IMG/VR virus record: IMGVR_UViG_3300037483_001046
DNA: 46,560 bases
From: a virus
Strand: one strand, 5' to 3'
The notes beneath the pieces were generated by a model that was not told the origin of the DNA, did no database searches, and saw only the letters and a list, made by a program, of their open reading frames with translations. Every line of letters starts with the position of its first letter. Position 1 is the first letter of the stretch. A program made the translations under genes and the position numbers. Positions 45,322 through 46,560 of this stretch are shown here, piece after piece.

Positions 45322-46467
45322 TCAGCGGGTTCGCGGTTCGTCCTCTTCGTCTTCCTCTTCTTCTTCTTCTTCTTCTTTTTTTGATATTTTTCTTATTCTT
45401 TCTTCAAGAGACTCAACTTCTTCAATTGCCTGCTCTATCCCAAGAACTGTTTTTCTTTTATGAAACTCAACAATAAAAGCAACCGGCAACATTTTTAGTC
45501 TTTTTGCAATTTCATCCGGAACATCCCCAATGAGACGATTTACGATATCTTCATCAATATTTTCGATTTCAATGATGTCATCAAATCTTCCTGGCCTTTT
45601 TACAGCTTCAGACAAATCTTGAACGTTATTTACAGAAACTATCAACATCTTAACTGAATTGTTGATCTCTTCTAGATCTGACAACAATTTCTCAGGACGG
45701 AAAGCTCTATCAAAATCATCGATGATAAGAGTGTCCGGCCTCAATATATCAATTGCAATCATTATATCTTCTGAGGTTAAATGATCTAAGTCCCCTACAT
45801 TGATGCGCAAACTATATTTACCAAGCTTTTTGGCGATATAGCGCATGGCTGAGCTTTTGCCCGTCCCAGGACGACCATAAAGCATTATAGAGCGGTTATA
45901 GCCTGCATCCAAAAACGCTTTAGATCTTTTCAAAATATTATTGGCAACAGCACTTTCGTAAACGTTATTTTGCAGATTATCAACAGAAAATATGGTGCTT
46001 CCATCATAATCTCGATCCCCTCGTTTTTTAGCAAGTTCACAAGAATTTGTTTGCAAGGTCTCCCAAACCAATCTTCCCAATGCTCTCAAACATTTTGTTC
46101 GCTTACCTTTTTCAGCATAAGGTCCATGAACGTAGTCTTCACGAACAGACCAACCAATCTTTACACCATAAATTTCGGCAACCAAATCACTGCCTTCTGG
46201 CCCTCGATCACGAACAACCTCATACTCAAATTTGTGTTTCGAAATCTCATAAATGAAATTTCTGAATTCCCATATCTCAACAAGATCCCATTTCTTAAAA
46301 GCTGCTCCACGGAATTTGTCAGCATGCACAAAATATGAATTTGCTAATCTAAAACCAATAGAAATGTAATCTGTAGGCTTGGGCTTGTCACGCAAATGAA
46401 TTAAAATATCAGAAACGTCAGAAGCAACCTCTAAAATTTGACGCGCCTTTTTTGACCAACGAACCAT
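45322..46467 (-). CDS. AAA+ ATPase, paralog of 6337..7914
   Basis: GRPGTGKS, LIIDDFD, AVKRPGRFD; acidic tail. Confidence 0.9.
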   Translation of the reverse strand: MVRWSKKARQILEVASDVSDILIHLRDKPKPTDYISIGFRLANSYFVHADKFRGAAFKKWDLVEIWEFRNFIYEISKHKFEYEVVRDRGPEGSDLVAEIYGVKIGWSVREDYVHGPYAEKGKRTKCLRALGRLVWETLQTNSCELAKKRGDRDYDGSTIFSVDNLQNNVYESAVANNILKRSKAFLDAGYNRSIMLYGRPGTGKSSAMRYIAKKLGKYSLRINVGDLDHLTSEDIMIAIDILRPDTLIIDDFDRAFRPEKLLSDLEEINNSVKMLIVSVNNVQDLSEAVKRPGRFDDIIEIENIDEDIVNRLIGDVPDEIAKRLKMLPVAFIVEFHKRKTVLGIEQAIEEVESLEERIRKISKKEEEEEEEEDEEDEPRTR

Positions 46468-46560
46468 CTAGATGGATCTTATCACGCATAATGGCCCTTT
46501 TATCCCAAAAGAAGATCTTTAGATTCTTTTACAACAGTTGCGACATTAATCACTCTTTTG

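Overview
AT-rich, densely coding fragment of what is most likely a large (jumbo) bacteriophage genome, standard genetic code, with no structural-gene or replicase module in view. Recognisable genes: an NAD+ salvage block (NAMPT/NadV, NadE, NadM-Nudix, Sir2), GroEL, SNF2-type helicase, two paralogous AAA+ ATPases, a MoxR-type AAA + vWA pair, a HAD/CCA-adding enzyme fusion, a Pth2-like protein, NT5C, a DEDDh exonuclease, a Pol-beta-like nucleotidyltransferase, M23 peptidase, KTSC, GNAT and Nudix genes, plus many hypotheticals. Two loci stand out. (1) A GC-rich cassette at about 30.26-32.33 kb: a 492-aa TnpB/Cas12f-like RuvC nuclease with intact D-E-D triad and an extra N-terminal wHTH-like segment, followed by a structured non-coding region containing an ungapped anti-repeat (27/36 identity) and a 3-repeat CRISPR mini-array, with no cas1/cas2/tnpA. 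This looks like a compact phage-borne type V system at the TnpB-to-Cas12 transition. (2) Three tRNA-like genes at an exact 81-nt period, all with lengthened anticodon arms (two share a CUAAUGA loop), lying inside an open reading frame and co-oriented upstream of the Pth2-like gene and the HAD-CCA enzyme. Also seen: two promoter/terminator-bounded candidate sRNAs, a two-gene operon whose first product ends in Gly-Gly, and a recurring TATTTA element upstream of genes sharing an amphipathic 'LRxIIRE'-type motif. All family assignments are from motif recognition by eye; no database searches were run.
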